In this document: in pieces, positions 63,541-64,000 of the stretch | Layout: each line of letters begins with the position of its first letter | Position numbering within the stretch: the first letter of the stretch is position 1 | Assembly: GCA_051362555.1 (NCBI GenBank) | Contig: CM120643.1 | Location: forward strand, 3,782,001-3,846,000 | DNA: 64,000 nt | Origin: Lingula anatina | Taxonomy: Eukaryota > Animalia > Brachiopoda | Reading direction: 5' to 3' | Notes under the pieces: model-generated | Database searches by the model: none | What the model saw: only the letters and a program-made list of their open reading frames with translations | Told to the model about the DNA's origin: nothing | Program-made: the position numbers and the translations under genes

Positions 63541-64000
63541 ATGTTAACAGTCTCATTATTTAACTAATAAGATACGTAAAAGTGTTTGTTTGATATTTCC
63601 TGCATCTTTACAACATTGTTAGTTGATTATGTAAAAATGATGGTAAACTTGATATCGTGTATTGTGTAATAAAGTGTCAAAAATGGAAATAAACTCATAT
63701 CATATCATATTGCAGTTTGTTAGATTCAATCATCAACTATGTTCAGAATCTCAGAATGGAGGAAATTGGACATTTAACACTGTTCTATTGATATTTTTCC
63801 CATCTCATCAATTTTCTTAGTTGGTCATATAAAAATGGAAGTATACTGTTTATTTTGTTTTGTTTAAAAAGTGTTAAAATGGAAATAAACCCATTTCAGA
63901 ACAGTGCTGTCTTTTTTACAGTTTGGCATTTTTAAGATGTGACTTTGAAGTTCCATGAGCCTGCAGATCTTTGCTAGTCACATTTTCTGAATATCCATGA

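Overview
AT-rich, intron-containing animal DNA; the repeat types suggest a mollusc or other lophotrochozoan (inference). No intact host gene is supported. (1) 1-1.9 kb: 3' end of a Helentron/HINE-type element with 146-bp tandem repeats. (2) About 3.5-19.8 kb: a dense mosaic of about 14 short fragments, mostly from unrelated transposons (LINE RT, Gypsy/Ginger-type integrase, KolX/P2X7-like, three Ulp1-like pieces, pogo, CACTA-like, spliced DUF4806, DUF6729/DDE, an unclassified transposase-like piece, OB-fold exon, hAT, Academ-like XPG). All lie on the minus strand, which suggests an antisense (flamenco-like) piRNA cluster or a DNA-level fragment-capture locus. (3) 20-39 kb: mostly non-coding, with MITEs, hairpins, tRNA-like remnants and a decayed Tc1 element. 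(4) 41.8-47.6 kb (minus strand): a frameshifted gene with a CBM20 starch/glycogen-binding domain followed by tandem symmetric micro-exons. (5) 49-62 kb (plus strand): an LRP2/megalin-like pseudogene fragment with an exon-derived minisatellite, a duplicated EGF exon, a LINE insertion and a viroplasmin-PHD LINE ORF1 remnant. (6) 62.5-63.5 kb: 5' part of another HINE-like element. All family calls come from reading motifs by eye, not from database searches.
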